From: an uncultured Eubacteriales bacterium
GTDB lineage: Bacteria; Pseudomonadota; Alphaproteobacteria; RF32; CAG-239
Direction of reading: 5' to 3'
DNA length: 64,000 bases
NCBI GenBank assembly: GCA_963632615.1
Contig: CAVGVF010000001.1
Coordinates: 72,636 to 136,635, forward strand
Shown one piece after another: positions 38,726 to 50,116 of the stretch. A program made the position numbers and the translations under genes. The notes beneath the pieces were generated by a model. The model did no database searches. It was not told the origin of the DNA and was given only the letters and a program-made list of their open reading frames with translations. The first letter of the stretch is position 1, and each line of letters starts with the position of its first letter.

Positions 38726-40276
38726 TTATTTTTTTGTTTCGTGATAGCTTTTTTCGGTATTAACCTGCCAAATTGCCGCTTTATCCGGAATTTCTCCTAA
38801 AATATGCTTTACGGCAGCAAATGAAGTTGCCATTGAATGATCCATATTATTATAGCGGTGCTGGCCGTTGCGCCCCACACAATAAAGATTTTCAAAGGAG
38901 TTAAGGTAGTCACGCAGCTTATCAATATCTTTATAAGTGTCAAAATAAGCAGGATAAGCTTTTTTAACTCGTTCTAGATGAGAGTCTAAAACATCTTTTT
39001 CATCAGCTATTACGCCCATTTTTAAAAGCTCGTTTACCCCCATGGTTTTCCATTCGGCCGGACTCATATTCCAATATTTGTCATTTTCGCTGCAAAAATA
39101 TTCCAAGCCTATCCACACTGTTTCTTCCGGTTTTGCCACCAAATACGGCGACCAGTTATTAAATATCTGAATCCGCCCCAGCTTTACACCGGTATCCTGC
39201 ACATAAATCCAGCAATCCGGCACAATATTGTTAAGAGTTTTGATTTTTGTTTTGTTTTTAAGATTCAGTTTTTTCAAAAGCAAACCGAGCGTTACAAAGT
39301 CACGGTAAGGCAAACCGCGGGCAATGCGTTCTATTTTGCTTGGTATGGCATCTATTCCGGCAGCCAAATCTTTGAGCGGCATAGATGAAATAACAATATC
39401 AGCCGGCAAGGAGAATTCTTTGCCGTCTTTGCGGTAAATAACTTCTTTAAATTCATTTTTCTTGGTTTTAAACTTGGCTGCCTTAGCATTTTTTATAATG
39501 ATGCCGCCCATCTTTTCAAATTCTGAAGCAGCAGTTTCCCAAAGCTGCCCGGGACCGTATTTAGGATAGCTGAACTCTTCAATCAAAGATGTTTCAACCT
39601 GTTTAGGCTTAATGAACAATATTTTGCCGAAAATATCCTTTATAATCGCTACAATGGACAGCCCTTTTACTCTTTGCGCGCCCCAGTCGGCGGAAATATC
39701 GCGCGGATGCCTGCCCCAAAGCTTTTCGGTATAGCCTTCAAAAAACATTGAATACAATTTGCGCCCGAAACGATTGATATAAAAATTTTCCAAAGATGTT
39801 TCCGGTAATTTCCGCAAAATAGCGAATATATAGCTGAAACCGGCCTGCATGGTAGTAAACAGCCCCATATTTATAATCGTGTTAAGATTCATTTTTACCG
39901 GATAATCAAAAAATTTACGTTTGTAATAAATGCGTGAAACACGGCGGCGTTTCAGCATCACAATATTTTCTTTTTCCGGATTCGGACCGTTTGGATTTAA
40001 TTCCGGTTGCCGTCCGGTTTTTATATCATCCAAAGAAGGAGCTCCCTGCAGCGGCATAAGATTGTTCCACCAGCGTGTAACTTCAGTATCTTTAGAAAAA
40101 AAACGGTGCCCGCCGATATCCATGCGGTTGCCGTTATAGCGTACGGTGCGGGAGATTCCGCCTATTGCTTCGCTTTCTTCCAAAATTGTCACCTGATAGT
40201 CTTTCGATTTTTTCAAAAGTTCAAAACCTGCAGTTAAACCGGCCGGTCCGGCACCTATAATTACAACCTTTTTCAT
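38726..40276 (-). CDS. FAD/NAD(P)-binding oxidoreductase (amine-oxidase/PPO-like fold)
   Basis: N-terminal Rossmann [17 protein letters not shown]...LEE and GGHRFF motif; 516 aa. Confidence 0.55.
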   Translation of the reverse strand: MKKVVIIGAGPAGLTAGFELLKKSKDYQVTILEESEAIGGISRTVRYNGNRMDIGGHRFFSKDTEVTRWWNNLMPLQGAPSLDDIKTGRQPELNPNGPNPEKENIVMLKRRRVSRIYYKRKFFDYPVKMNLNTIINMGLFTTMQAGFSYIFAILRKLPETSLENFYINRFGRKLYSMFFEGYTEKLWGRHPRDISADWGAQRVKGLSIVAIIKDIFGKILFIKPKQVETSLIEEFSYPKYGPGQLWETAASEFEKMGGIIIKNAKAAKFKTKKNEFKEVIYRKDGKEFSLPADIVISSMPLKDLAAGIDAIPSKIERIARGLPYRDFVTLGLLLKKLNLKNKTKIKTLNNIVPDCWIYVQDTGVKLGRIQIFNNWSPYLVAKPEETVWIGLEYFCSENDKYWNMSPAEWKTMGVNELLKMGVIADEKDVLDSHLERVKKAYPAYFDTYKDIDKLRDYLNSFENLYCVGRNGQHRYNNMDHSMATSFAAVKHILGEIPDKAAIWQVNTEKSYHETKK

Positions 40277-40428
40277 GGCGGCTCCTTTCGCTGTTTATAT
40301 AAGCCATTATAATCTGCTAAATTTTACAGATTGGTTAATACAGGCAAAATGTTTATTAAAACTCTTGCCTTTTAATTTATAACAAACTAAATAAATTATT
40401 AGAACAAACGTATAAATAAGGAATTCTA

Positions 40429-40833
40429 ATGAAAAAAGTTTTTTGCTTTCACTGTCAAAAAGATGTATCTCCGATGAAATTTTGGAAATGGCAGTTTTGC
40501 CCGCATTGTCTTCATCAAACCAAAGACAACGGCGAAGGCTTATATTTAGTCTGCGATAAATGCGGAGCTAATATTCCGGTTGACTCTTTTTATTGCTTAA
40601 AATGCGGTCATGGCGTCAACGGACACGCCGATAATGAAAATATTTTATTGCTGCCGGAACAGAAATCTTGGCTGCAATGGCTGAAAGAAATCGGTTTGTT
40701 TGCCTTTTCAATTTTGCTTGCCGCCGGAATCCTGTATGTTTCAGTTTACTTTTTATTGATAGTATTGGCTTTTGTTTTGGTTATTGGCCTGGGTTGTATG
40801 ATTTACAGCGGATTTAAGCAAAAAAGGTTTTAA
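40429..40833 (+). CDS. zinc-ribbon membrane protein
   Basis: Four CxxC pairs (CFHC, CPHC, CDKC, CLKC) followed by two transmembrane helices. Confidence 0.45.
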   Translation: MKKVFCFHCQKDVSPMKFWKWQFCPHCLHQTKDNGEGLYLVCDKCGANIPVDSFYCLKCGHGVNGHADNENILLLPEQKSWLQWLKEIGLFAFSILLAAGILYVSVYFLLIVLAFVLVIGLGCMIYSGFKQKRF

Positions 40834-40843
40834 AATTAAAAAA

Positions 40844-40869
40844 AGCTCTCGGTAAGGAGAGCTTTTTTT
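40844..40869. terminator. bidirectional intrinsic terminator
   Basis: agctctcggtaaggagagct followed by a T-run. Confidence 0.7.
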
Positions 40870-40877
40870 ATGGTAAT

Positions 40878-41288
40878 TCAGTAGCAGAAAAATGCTACCA
40901 CCGCACTGGCCAGCGAGACAATTCCAAAGAATATGCTGGCTGTTTTTGTTTGATCCGAATGATTGGCGTTGACACCAAACGACACCGCAATCAGCAGACA
41001 TAAAACCGTAAGCGATGAAAACATCGCAAAAAAGGTGTGACTCTTTTCCTCTTTTTTAGGCTCATCCGGTTTATCGATAACCGGAGGGTTGCGGATTTCA
41101 TCTTTTTTAACCAGTTGAATGTTTTCTGCGGCGGTGGCTGCGGTTGTTTGAGGCTGAGCTTCTAAAACAACTTCTTTAACCACCTCTTCCGTTTCATTCT
41201 GCAAGAAGTATTTTTGTACAGCAATTACACAGCCGATACCAAAAATTGCTCCCAAAATGAACACGATTAAAAAATAAAAATTCTTCAT
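40878..41288 (-). CDS. hypothetical membrane protein
   Basis: N- and C-terminal transmembrane helices with a Pro/Glu-rich middle segment. Confidence 0.35.
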   Translation of the reverse strand: MKNFYFLIVFILGAIFGIGCVIAVQKYFLQNETEEVVKEVVLEAQPQTTAATAAENIQLVKKDEIRNPPVIDKPDEPKKEEKSHTFFAMFSSLTVLCLLIAVSFGVNANHSDQTKTASIFFGIVSLASAVVAFFCY

Positions 41289-41486
41289 AAGAATAAAATT
41301 AACGGGTTCAAAATAATTTTAAATGTGAATGTATTGTATCTATTTTTTGTCAAAATGTCAACAAAAACAGACTGATTTTTAGATAAATCCGCAAAAAAAG
41401 CCGGATAAGATAACTTTTCATTTTTACTTTAGCTATTGATTAAAGCAAAAAAATAAATTATCTTGGCGGCAAGAAAAGGAGAAGTT

Positions 41487-43289
41487 ATGTCTGATTTAAG
41501 TTTAATCCGCAATTTTGCCATTATTGCCCATATTGACCATGGCAAATCCACCATTGCCGATCGTCTGATTGAATATTGCGGCGGTTTGCAGCACCGTGAA
41601 ATGACGGAGCAGGTTTTGGATTCTATGGATATTGAAAAAGAGCGCGGCATTACCATTAAGGCGCAGACCGTACGTTTGAACTATCACGCCAAAGACGGAA
41701 AAACTTATCAGCTTAATTTGATAGATACTCCGGGACACGTTGACTTTACATACGAGGTTTCCCGTTCGCTGGCTTCCTGCGAAGGTTCGGTTTTAGTTGT
41801 TGATGCTACACAGGGTGTAGAAGCCCAGACTTTGGCAAATGTTTATTTGGCGCTGGATAATAATCATGAAATTGTTGTGGCTCTGAACAAAATAGATTTG
41901 CCGTCCGCCGAACCGGAAAAAGTAAAGCAGCAAATAGAAGATGTGATTGGCTTGGATGCCTCCGATGCGGTGGAAGTTTCCGGTAAAACCGGTTTCGGCA
42001 TTGATAATTTGCTGGAAGAGATTGTGCATAAGCTCCCGGCTCCGGTCGGCGATGAAAATGCGCCGCTTAAAGCTTTGCTGATTGACAGCTGGTATGATTC
42101 TTATTTGGGCGTGATTATTTTGGTGCGGGTTAAAGACGGCGTGCTGCGTAAAAAGCAAAACATTCGTATGATGTCGCACGGCACTGATTATGTGATTGAT
42201 AAAATCGGTATTTTTACCCCGAAAATGAAAGATGTAGACGCGCTTTACCCTGGTGAAGTCGGTTTTATTACCGCCAGCATTAAAAGTGTGGAAGACTGTA
42301 AAGTCGGCGATACCATTACCGATAATAAGCAGCCGTGCGCCGAGCCTCTTGCCGGCTTCAAGCCGTCGGTTTCGGTGGTGTTCTGTTCTATTTTTCCGGT
42401 AGACAGCAGCCAATACGGCGCTTTGAAAGACGCTTTGGCAAAGCTGAAATTGAACGATGCCAGCATTAACTATCAGCCGGAAAATTCCACCGCTTTAGGC
42501 TTGGGATTCCGCTGCGGCTTTTTAGGCTTGCTGCACATGGATATTATTCAGGAGCGAATCGGACGTGAATTTGACCTCGATATTATTACAACGGCTCCGT
42601 CGGTGGCGTATAAAATATATTTGACCAACGGCACGCAGATTATGCTGCATAACCCTGCTGATATGCCGGATGTCTCAACGATTAAAATGATTGAAGAGCC
42701 GATGGTACAGGCTACAATTATGGTGCCGGATACTTATTTAGGTTCGGTTTTGAAGCTTTGCACCGAACGCCGCGGCGAACAGGAAGATTTAACCTATGTC
42801 GGCAACCGCGCCATGGTAGTCTATAAAATTCCGCTCAGCGAGATTGTGTTTGATTTTTATGACCGCTTAAAATCCATTACCAGCGGTTACGCCAGCTTTA
42901 ATTATGAGTTGGTCGGCTATGCGCAGTCAGATTTGGTTAAAGTGCAGATTTTGATTAACGAAGAGCCGGTTGACGCTTTGTCTTTCTTGTGCCACCGTTC
43001 CGAAGCCGAAGCCCGCGGACGCCAAATTTGCGGACGCTTGAAAGATTTGATACCGAAGCACTTGTTTAAAATTCCGCTGCAAGCTGCTATCGGCGGACGG
43101 ATTGTGGCGCGCGAAACGATTTCGGCTTTGCGCAAAGACGTGACGGCTAAATGCTACGGCGGCGATATTACCCGTAAGCGTAAATTGCTGGATAATCAAA
43201 AGAAAGGCAAGCAGCGCATGCGCCAGTTCGGTAAAGTAGAAGTGCCGCAGTCAGCCTTTATTGAAGCCTTGCGAATCGGCGATAATTAA
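41487..43289 (+). CDS. lepA: elongation factor 4 (LepA)
   Basis: GTPase motifs [18 protein letters not shown] and the LepA C-terminal domain. Start placed at the Met behind RBS AAAAGGAG; the track ORF begins 24 nt earlier. Confidence 0.95.
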   Translation: MSDLSLIRNFAIIAHIDHGKSTIADRLIEYCGGLQHREMTEQVLDSMDIEKERGITIKAQTVRLNYHAKDGKTYQLNLIDTPGHVDFTYEVSRSLASCEGSVLVVDATQGVEAQTLANVYLALDNNHEIVVALNKIDLPSAEPEKVKQQIEDVIGLDASDAVEVSGKTGFGIDNLLEEIVHKLPAPVGDENAPLKALLIDSWYDSYLGVIILVRVKDGVLRKKQNIRMMSHGTDYVIDKIGIFTPKMKDVDALYPGEVGFITASIKSVEDCKVGDTITDNKQPCAEPLAGFKPSVSVVFCSIFPVDSSQYGALKDALAKLKLNDASINYQPENSTALGLGFRCGFLGLLHMDIIQERIGREFDLDIITTAPSVAYKIYLTNGTQIMLHNPADMPDVSTIKMIEEPMVQATIMVPDTYLGSVLKLCTERRGEQEDLTYVGNRAMVVYKIPLSEIVFDFYDRLKSITSGYASFNYELVGYAQSDLVKVQILINEEPVDALSFLCHRSEAEARGRQICGRLKDLIPKHLFKIPLQAAIGGRIVARETISALRKDVTAKCYGGDITRKRKLLDNQKKGKQRMRQFGKVEVPQSAFIEALRIGDN

Positions 43290-43290
43290 G

Positions 43291-43971
43291 CTATTTTACC
43301 GAAAAAGATATTTTATGCTCCTGATTTTTAAAATCAGCCAGCATTTCTTGCAAACGCTGATTAAATCCGGTTTTTCCGGCAGCAATGGTTTGCAGGTCTT
43401 CATCATATTCTTTAAAGCTTTGTGAATACGCATCTTGCTTTGGAGCGTTTGTGCTTGGTTTTTCATTGATTACCGGTATGTTTTGGGCAATCACAGGCGG
43501 AGTTTGCTCCGTTTCCGGCTGATTATTGCTTATTTGCACAAGATTTTCTTTTTCCGGCAACAATGGAGTTACAGGCAAATTTTCAGTCTTTTCGGCTGTT
43601 TTTAACGGATTCGGTGCCGGATTTTCTGCCGATTTAATCTTTTCTTCTGCTTTTGTAGGCTTTTCAGCAGCTGTTTGTATTTGCGGCGCTGCGGCTTCCT
43701 TTTCAGGCTTAGCCGTTTTTATCGGCGTAGTATCCTCTTTTTTAGGAGTCTGAGTTTTTAAATTGTTTTTAGAAATCTGCTGGGCTTTGTTTTGCACAGG
43801 TTTCTGACGGATTGTCTGCTGCGGCGGAACAATCGGTTTATTAACGGTATTCTGCATAGCTCCGGCCGGCATAAAAAAATTAGGCTGTTTCTGATGTCTT
43901 TGATAAGCCGCATGCACGGTAGCAATGCCGGTTAGAAAACACAAAATAAAAATCGTTATCAATTTTTTCAT
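43291..43971 (-). CDS. secreted Pro/Gln/Lys-rich hypothetical protein
   Basis: Signal peptide then a low-complexity PQ/K-rich region; 226 aa. Confidence 0.4.
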   Translation of the reverse strand: MKKLITIFILCFLTGIATVHAAYQRHQKQPNFFMPAGAMQNTVNKPIVPPQQTIRQKPVQNKAQQISKNNLKTQTPKKEDTTPIKTAKPEKEAAAPQIQTAAEKPTKAEEKIKSAENPAPNPLKTAEKTENLPVTPLLPEKENLVQISNNQPETEQTPPVIAQNIPVINEKPSTNAPKQDAYSQSFKEYDEDLQTIAAGKTGFNQRLQEMLADFKNQEHKISFSVK

Positions 43972-44054
43972 TTTAACTCCTGTTTTCTAATTTAGATTAA
44001 AAACATTTTTTTTGTATTAACGCGGGTTTAATAATTTTTTGCTATTTTATAATT

Positions 44055-44744
44055 ATGAAGAGAGTATGGCAAAAATTTTTTATTATTCTGACAGCAGCGA
44101 GTTTTGTGCCGGTTTGCGCCAATGCTGCTTCTCGTTATTATTGGAAGCGCCGCTGTTTGGAATATATGAATGCAAATCCGGCCGAGATAGAGATATCTTA
44201 TAATTTCGGCCAGCTGCAATATAACAATACTCTTTCGTCCGGAGATATTCAAAAAAAAGTTACGCCGAATGATTCTGTTCAGGCCGGAACCAAATATATG
44301 GGGCTGACATTGATGAATCATTATAATAAGGTATATGTTATGTCTTCCGTTCCACAGGAGTTGGGAGACGGCTACTATTGCACTTATCCGATACGCGTGC
44401 AGGTAATAACCGGATATGCCGAGCCGACAGTCTATTTGGCTAATTCAATGAAAAAAAACAGCTGTTTATACCGCAAAACTCTGCGGCATGAGCAGCAGCA
44501 TGTTGACAATGCACATATATACTTAAATTTATATGTACAGGCTTTAGAAAAGAAAATTCCAAAGATGATAAAAGACATCGGCCCGCTTTTAAGCACCGAA
44601 GAAAATCCGAAAGAAAATTTGTTTTCTTTGTATAAAAAACAAATAGATACGGTTTACGAACATTATTTTAATGAGTACCGCGAAAAAAATCAGAAGATGG
44701 ATACTCTCAAAAATTATGAAAAAGAAAGCCTATTATGCCGCTGA
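44055..44744 (+). CDS. secreted protein with HExxH motif (DUF922-like putative Zn-peptidase)
   Basis: Signal peptide MKRVWQKFFIILTAASFVPVCANA and motif LRHEQQHVDNAH. Confidence 0.45.
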   Translation: MKRVWQKFFIILTAASFVPVCANAASRYYWKRRCLEYMNANPAEIEISYNFGQLQYNNTLSSGDIQKKVTPNDSVQAGTKYMGLTLMNHYNKVYVMSSVPQELGDGYYCTYPIRVQVITGYAEPTVYLANSMKKNSCLYRKTLRHEQQHVDNAHIYLNLYVQALEKKIPKMIKDIGPLLSTEENPKENLFSLYKKQIDTVYEHYFNEYREKNQKMDTLKNYEKESLLCR

Positions 44745-44746
44745 TT

Positions 44747-45421
44747 TTATTCAGCGCGGCAAAAATGCTTTTCTAAATAATCCAGACATTCGTTTATATT
44801 ATCAACGGCAACGTCAATATATTCGCTGCATTTATCGTTTGGTTTGCCATGGCAGAGGCGCATTGTTGACATACCGGCTTTTTTAGCAAATTCCAAATTA
44901 GAATAGCTGTCGTCAATAAACAGGCAGTCTTCCGGCTTGTAGCCGATTGCGGCGCAGAATTTCAAATATACATCCGGGCTTTCATTTTTTTTGTAGCAGT
45001 CAAATTCTTCTACCGAATAAAATTTTTCGGCAAAGAAGTCATATAAGCCAAGGTGTTTCAAAATAGCTTCGCAGGCATCGTGCGAGCTGGTTGAAAGAAT
45101 AAATTGAGGACACGGCAGCTTTTCTATATGCTGCAGAAGCCCTTCATAAGGAACAATCGGGTGCAAATTCAGCTCTTTGCGTTTGTGATAGGCATCAAAC
45201 ATATCTTTGGGCGAAATACCGAATTTCTGCACAAAAATTTCTCCGCCGTCACGGTAAGTGCGGTAAGATTCCGTTACCATTGCTTTAGCTGTTTGAAAAT
45301 CTAACGGCAATTTCAAATCTTCGATTGCGGCTTTAGCGGTAATTTCATCCAGCAAATCGTGAAATTCCGGCGTTTCGCGGTATAATGTGTTGTCTAAATC
45401 CCAAACAATTACTTTTTGCAT
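44747..45421 (-). CDS. HAD-superfamily hydrolase
   Basis: Motif I VIVWDLDNTLY (DxDxT) and C-terminal FIDDS motif. Confidence 0.65.
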   Translation of the reverse strand: MQKVIVWDLDNTLYRETPEFHDLLDEITAKAAIEDLKLPLDFQTAKAMVTESYRTYRDGGEIFVQKFGISPKDMFDAYHKRKELNLHPIVPYEGLLQHIEKLPCPQFILSTSSHDACEAILKHLGLYDFFAEKFYSVEEFDCYKKNESPDVYLKFCAAIGYKPEDCLFIDDSYSNLEFAKKAGMSTMRLCHGKPNDKCSEYIDVAVDNINECLDYLEKHFCRAE

Positions 45422-45539
45422 TTTTTATTCCTCATAATTTTACTCATAGAAAATAACACAATTTGCAACGAGGTCAAGCTGAAATCTTGAAACTTTAAAC
45501 CAAAAAATTTGCACATATATAAAAAGCAAGGAGATAAAA

Positions 45540-45827
45540 ATGTATAAAAGAAAGTTAGCGCTCATAAGTATTTGGACGGCTGTTTCTGTTTTCAGCTACA
45601 GCGATTTTTCGCCGGCCGAAAGCATGCCGCAGGAAAATAATCCGTATCAGTTTGAACCTGACGCCGGCAGCCCGGGAGCAGAAGTTGCACCTTTAGATGT
45701 AAATGCAAAAGATGAAGATGTGCCCTATCCTGCTCCATCTTCATCTCCGCAAAACAAAGAACAAAACTATAAAGAATCTACTTTGCCGCCAATTCAGCCA
45801 ATTTTTTATCAATCAACGGAACAATAA
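45540..45827 (+). CDS. small secreted hypothetical protein
   Basis: Signal peptide followed by a Pro-rich region; its 3' end overlaps cmk on the opposite strand. Confidence 0.3.
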   Translation: MYKRKLALISIWTAVSVFSYSDFSPAESMPQENNPYQFEPDAGSPGAEVAPLDVNAKDEDVPYPAPSSSPQNKEQNYKESTLPPIQPIFYQSTEQ

Positions 45828-46452
45828 CATTAAGCGAATCTTTCAGCTGAAAATTTGAGGTGTCGACAATAATCGCATCCGGAGCCGGTTTCAGAGGCGC
45901 GGTGCTGCGGTTTAAATCGCGGTCATCGCGGGCTTTCATATCGGCATAAACCTGTTCAAACGTGATGTCATGGCCGGCGGCATTCAAATCGGCGCAACGG
46001 CGTTTGGCGCGGATAGCTAAATCGGCGATAACATAGAATTTTAAGTCTGCCTGCGGACAAATTACCGTACCGGTGTCGCGTCCGTCATAAATAGCTCCGT
46101 TTGCCGGAGTTCCGTCAGCAAAAACCGGATTAAGCGCAAAATTTTTCTGCATGGCCAAAAGAGCCGAACGCACACTTGGGTAGGCAGAAATAACCGATGC
46201 GGCCTTGCTTCCGACATCGGAGCGGAAATCTTTGTTTTCGGCTAATTTCATCATTTGCGGAAAAGTCAGGGATTCGGCAATGGCTGCCGCTTTTGCTTCA
46301 TCGCTCAAATCATAGCCGTTTAAAACCATCTGCAGCCCGACAGCACGGTATACCATGCCAGTATCAAAATACGCCATTTTATATTTTTCGGCCAAAGCGG
46401 CCGCGATTGTGCCTTTGCCTGAACCGGCAGGACCGTCTATGGTAATAATCAT
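45778..46452 (-). CDS. cmk: cytidylate kinase
   Basis: P-loop ITIDGPAGSGKGT; 224 aa. Confidence 0.85.
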   Translation of the reverse strand: MIITIDGPAGSGKGTIAAALAEKYKMAYFDTGMVYRAVGLQMVLNGYDLSDEAKAAAIAESLTFPQMMKLAENKDFRSDVGSKAASVISAYPSVRSALLAMQKNFALNPVFADGTPANGAIYDGRDTGTVICPQADLKFYVIADLAIRAKRRCADLNAAGHDITFEQVYADMKARDDRDLNRSTAPLKPAPDAIIVDTSNFQLKDSLNVIVPLIDKKLAELAAK

Positions 46453-46550
46453 TTTTTCCTCCGCTAAAAATTATATTATAGAATAATTAACATATATGCC
46501 GTATACTTACAAAATAAAAGTGTATTTATACAATGTTTTTTTGGCGGTAA

Positions 46551-47267
46551 ATGTTAGTACGTTTATATATAAAAGATAAATTGGAAAAAAACGGGCAGAT
46601 TATTTGTCTGGATGAAAAACAGTCGCATTATTTGGCAAATGTGCTGCGTCTGCGCGCCGGCGATGAATTTTTTGTGTTTGACGGCAGCAGCGGTGAATAT
46701 AAAGCGGCAATTACAGACTTAAACAAACGCGCGGTTACAGCCGTTTTGACTGAAAAAGTATGTGAAATGCAGAAATCTCCGGATATTTGGCTGTTGTTTG
46801 CTCCGCTCAAAAAAGACAAAACTGATATTGTTATTCAAAAAGCGACAGAATTGGGAGTCCGTAAAATAATACCGGTGCAGACAGCTTATACCAATGCTGA
46901 AAAAGTCAGAACCGAACGTTTTGAGCTGCAGGCCGCCGAGGCTGCCGAACAATGCCGCCGATTGGATGTTCCGGATATTTCAGCCGCTTTATCATTGGAT
47001 AAAGCTTTAGAAAACTGGGATAATGAGCGGACGCTGTTCTTTTTGGATGAACGCGGGCTGGGAAAAAAAGTTTGCGAAACAATGCTGAATTCGCCAAAAG
47101 CCGCTGTTTTGGTCGGGCCGGAAGGCGGTTTCAGCTCAGCCGAAGCCGAAAAGCTGCGCAAGCTGCCGTTTGTTAAAAGCATTTCTTTAGGTTCAAGAAT
47201 TTTGCGGGCAGAAACCGCAGTGATTGCCGCCCTTTCCTGCTGGCAGTCAATAAATGGAGATTGGTAA
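46551..47267 (+). CDS. rsmE: 16S rRNA (uracil1498-N3)-methyltransferase RsmE
   Basis: 238 aa with RsmE-like N-terminal PUA-like and SPOUT-fold C-terminal regions. Confidence 0.65.
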   Translation: MLVRLYIKDKLEKNGQIICLDEKQSHYLANVLRLRAGDEFFVFDGSSGEYKAAITDLNKRAVTAVLTEKVCEMQKSPDIWLLFAPLKKDKTDIVIQKATELGVRKIIPVQTAYTNAEKVRTERFELQAAEAAEQCRRLDVPDISAALSLDKALENWDNERTLFFLDERGLGKKVCETMLNSPKAAVLVGPEGGFSSAEAEKLRKLPFVKSISLGSRILRAETAVIAALSCWQSINGDW

Positions 47268-47941
47268 GGATGAAATTTTTAATTGCAGATGACCATGAGT
47301 TATTTTTACAAGGTTTGGAATTTATTTTGAAAAAACAATATCCGCAGACTGAAATAGTTTTGACTAACAGTTATACCGGTATTTTTGAAATTTTGGAAAA
47401 GCAAAAGGATTTTGATTTAATCATTACCGATTTGGCAATGCCTGGTGCAAATTGGCTTGAAGCCATCGGCCGCATTCATTCGACTTGTCCGGAAGTGCCG
47501 ATAATTATTATTTCTGCCGTCTTTGATCCGGAAATTTTGCAAAAAACCTTTGATATAGGCGTATCCGGATATGTTTCAAAGGCTTTCCCTAACAATATTA
47601 TAATGAGTGCAATCAATCTGGTTATAGCCGGAGGCATGTATATTCCGCCGGAATTGCTGCAGCTTAATTTGCAAAATCGAACTCTGCCGATACGCGAACT
47701 GATTGCCGATTTGGATGACAATAAAAAGCCCGTAAAAGAAAATAACGTCTTGACTCCGCGTCAAACCGAAGTTGTGCAGTGCTTGTCCGAAGGGCTTTCA
47801 AATAAGCAAATTGCCTATAAGCTTGGTTTGAGCGAAGGAACAGTTAAAATTCATATAACGCTGCTAATGAGGGCTTTAGATGTCAGCAACCGTGTGCAGG
47901 CTGTGAATGAAGCCCGCCGCCGCGGCTTATTGAAAGAATAG
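47261..47941 (+). CDS. two-component response regulator, LuxR/FixJ (NarL) family
   Basis: Receiver domain (LIADDH...D in DLAMPG) plus C-terminal LuxR HTH (LTPRQTEVVQCLSEGLSNKQIA). Confidence 0.8.
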   Translation: MVRMKFLIADDHELFLQGLEFILKKQYPQTEIVLTNSYTGIFEILEKQKDFDLIITDLAMPGANWLEAIGRIHSTCPEVPIIIISAVFDPEILQKTFDIGVSGYVSKAFPNNIIMSAINLVIAGGMYIPPELLQLNLQNRTLPIRELIADLDDNKKPVKENNVLTPRQTEVVQCLSEGLSNKQIAYKLGLSEGTVKIHITLLMRALDVSNRVQAVNEARRRGLLKE

Positions 47942-47956
47942 AACAGGACTGAAAAT

Positions 47957-48673
47957 ATGAGTGAATTAAACAGTTTGCCTCCGTATATGCGGATATTATA
48001 TAACAAAATTTATGCTGAAAAGAACATTTCCGGCCTTTTGGATGATGAAAGAATTGTCAAGCTGTTTCATTTTGGTTTGAAGAAAAAAATTATGAAAGAT
48101 TTGCTGCGGGATATTTCAAAAAACGCTCATGTTTTGCAAATAGGCCTGACTTTCGGCGATGAGCTTGAATGTATATACCAAAAAATCCGCAAGCAGGGCA
48201 AACTTGATGTTTTTGACGTTTCGGAAAAGCAGATTTCCCGCGCTAAAGAAAAATATGCCCGCAAAAACATTGAGGTTATCAATTATAATGCCGCTTTGTC
48301 TTGGGATGAAAAATATGATGTGGTTATTTGCTATAATCTTTTGCATGAGCTGCCGCTCAAAACCCGCATGCAAGTTATGGATAATGTCTTGGCCAGTCTG
48401 ACTACCGGTGGCAAGGCGGTTTTTATTGACTATGCAAAACCGCTGTGGTGGCAGGTTTTACGCTATCCGCTTTTTATTTTCAACCGGTTATACAAACCTT
48501 TTGCCGAAAGCTTATGGCAGCAGCCTCTGGAAAGCTTCTGCTCCAAAAAAGACGAATTCCGCTGGCAGCATACTTATTACGGCGGCAAGCTTTGGCAAAA
48601 AACTATCGCTGTGCCGAAAATTTTGAGCAATGAAGATGTCAAAAAGCTGACTAAGCTGTTCAGAAACAAATAG
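47957..48673 (+). CDS. SAM-dependent methyltransferase-like protein
   Basis: Motif-I-like VLQIGLTFGDE and class I MTase length; weak. Confidence 0.4.
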   Translation: MSELNSLPPYMRILYNKIYAEKNISGLLDDERIVKLFHFGLKKKIMKDLLRDISKNAHVLQIGLTFGDELECIYQKIRKQGKLDVFDVSEKQISRAKEKYARKNIEVINYNAALSWDEKYDVVICYNLLHELPLKTRMQVMDNVLASLTTGGKAVFIDYAKPLWWQVLRYPLFIFNRLYKPFAESLWQQPLESFCSKKDEFRWQHTYYGGKLWQKTIAVPKILSNEDVKKLTKLFRNK

Positions 48674-48684
48674 CCGGAATCTTT

Positions 48685-49977
48685 TTATTTGCTATTGCCT
48701 TTTTGCTGCTGTAAAAACAGCTGCAAATCAAAAGTTTTATGCTGATGCTCTGAATTATCAACCTGCATTTGCATTTCAGCGTCTTTTTTATAGTCTTTAA
48801 CCGCGTCCGTCTTTTGGGTCAAGTCCGGAGTAGTTATTTTACGGACAATTTCTGCAACATTTTGCTTATCTTTATCCACCTCATGCAAAAAGCTTTTATA
48901 CATATCATCTGCCCCGTCTATGCCGGCCAAGGCAAGCTGACGGGCCGCTTCCACCGTTATGTAGTCGCATTCATTCACTTTTTTTGCTTTATTTACCACT
49001 TTTGGCTCTTTCAGCACCTCTTCGGAGTTGCAGCCGCGGGCGATAGATGAAGAAAGATAAAGGCCTGTTTCGCCCAAAGGCAGACAGGAAGCATCTCTGC
49101 AGCCTTTTCTTTCAGCAGCTTTGCGGGCATTTTTTGCCATTTTGTTGGTTGTTCCGCTGTAGAGAGGGTACATTGCTACCGCAAATTCTCTTTCTGCATT
49201 CATAACTTCATTGTAATGATTTTTAGAAAATGCTTTAAAATTATTTACAAAGTTGGCAGAAAATCTTGTCGGTGCGCCAAGCCCCGAAACTGTTATTTTT
49301 CCTAAATCTTTCAAGGCCTTCTGACGTTGCAGCTCTGCCGCTTTGCCGGTTTTAAGATTGCCGTTTTCATCATACAAGGCTTCTTGCACTTTAACCATCA
49401 AAGCCTTGTTTTGCGGAGTGTTGGAAACATATTTAGCTGCAAAATCGTGCAAATTTTTATCTTTGGAGCAATACATGTAAGCAACCAAATCGCGTCCGAG
49501 CGGAGACGGAAAACTTTGAAAAATAAACAGGCGTTTGTTTCCGGCGCTGGCATTTACCACATCGCCGTTATTGTTGCCTTCGCGGCATTGCATTACGGTA
49601 GTCAGATCATGGCATTCTATTTGTTCTCTGTTGGCGCGTTTAATATTAACGGTTCCGTTTTTGCGCCAATCTTCAACAGACATGACATATTCTACTTTTT
49701 TAGGAAACAACCCCGGCGGCAGTTCTTCTATTTTACTGAACTTGGTGGTTTTCCCTGTTGGTTCTTTATAGTCATATTTGTCGGCTAACTCAGCATCGGT
49801 TATATGCAGTTCTTTGTCCGGAGTTTGTATAACTTCGGTTTTGGGCTTTTGATTTTCGTCATCATTGTCGCCTTTTCCGTTTTGCGCCGGAGTGCCCATG
49901 GCATTTCCGGAAACAACAAGCCCCATTGTCATTAACTTTAATCTGCTTAGTATTGTTTCTTTTTTTGGACTTGCCAT
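48685..49977 (-). CDS. secreted hypothetical protein
   Basis: Signal-peptide-like N-terminus; 430 aa, Lys/Asn-rich, several Cys. Confidence 0.35.
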   Translation of the reverse strand: MASPKKETILSRLKLMTMGLVVSGNAMGTPAQNGKGDNDDENQKPKTEVIQTPDKELHITDAELADKYDYKEPTGKTTKFSKIEELPPGLFPKKVEYVMSVEDWRKNGTVNIKRANREQIECHDLTTVMQCREGNNNGDVVNASAGNKRLFIFQSFPSPLGRDLVAYMYCSKDKNLHDFAAKYVSNTPQNKALMVKVQEALYDENGNLKTGKAAELQRQKALKDLGKITVSGLGAPTRFSANFVNNFKAFSKNHYNEVMNAEREFAVAMYPLYSGTTNKMAKNARKAAERKGCRDASCLPLGETGLYLSSSIARGCNSEEVLKEPKVVNKAKKVNECDYITVEAARQLALAGIDGADDMYKSFLHEVDKDKQNVAEIVRKITTPDLTQKTDAVKDYKKDAEMQMQVDNSEHQHKTFDLQLFLQQQKGNSK

Positions 49978-50116
49978 AATCTTTTCTCCATATTTATCCG
50001 ATATCTGTCTGATTGTAGCATATTTATAACTTAAATTCCAGTTTTTTATTGAAAAAAAAATCAGCCGCGTTTATAGTCGGTAATAGTTTAGAATTTATTG
50101 AATTAGGATATAGAAA

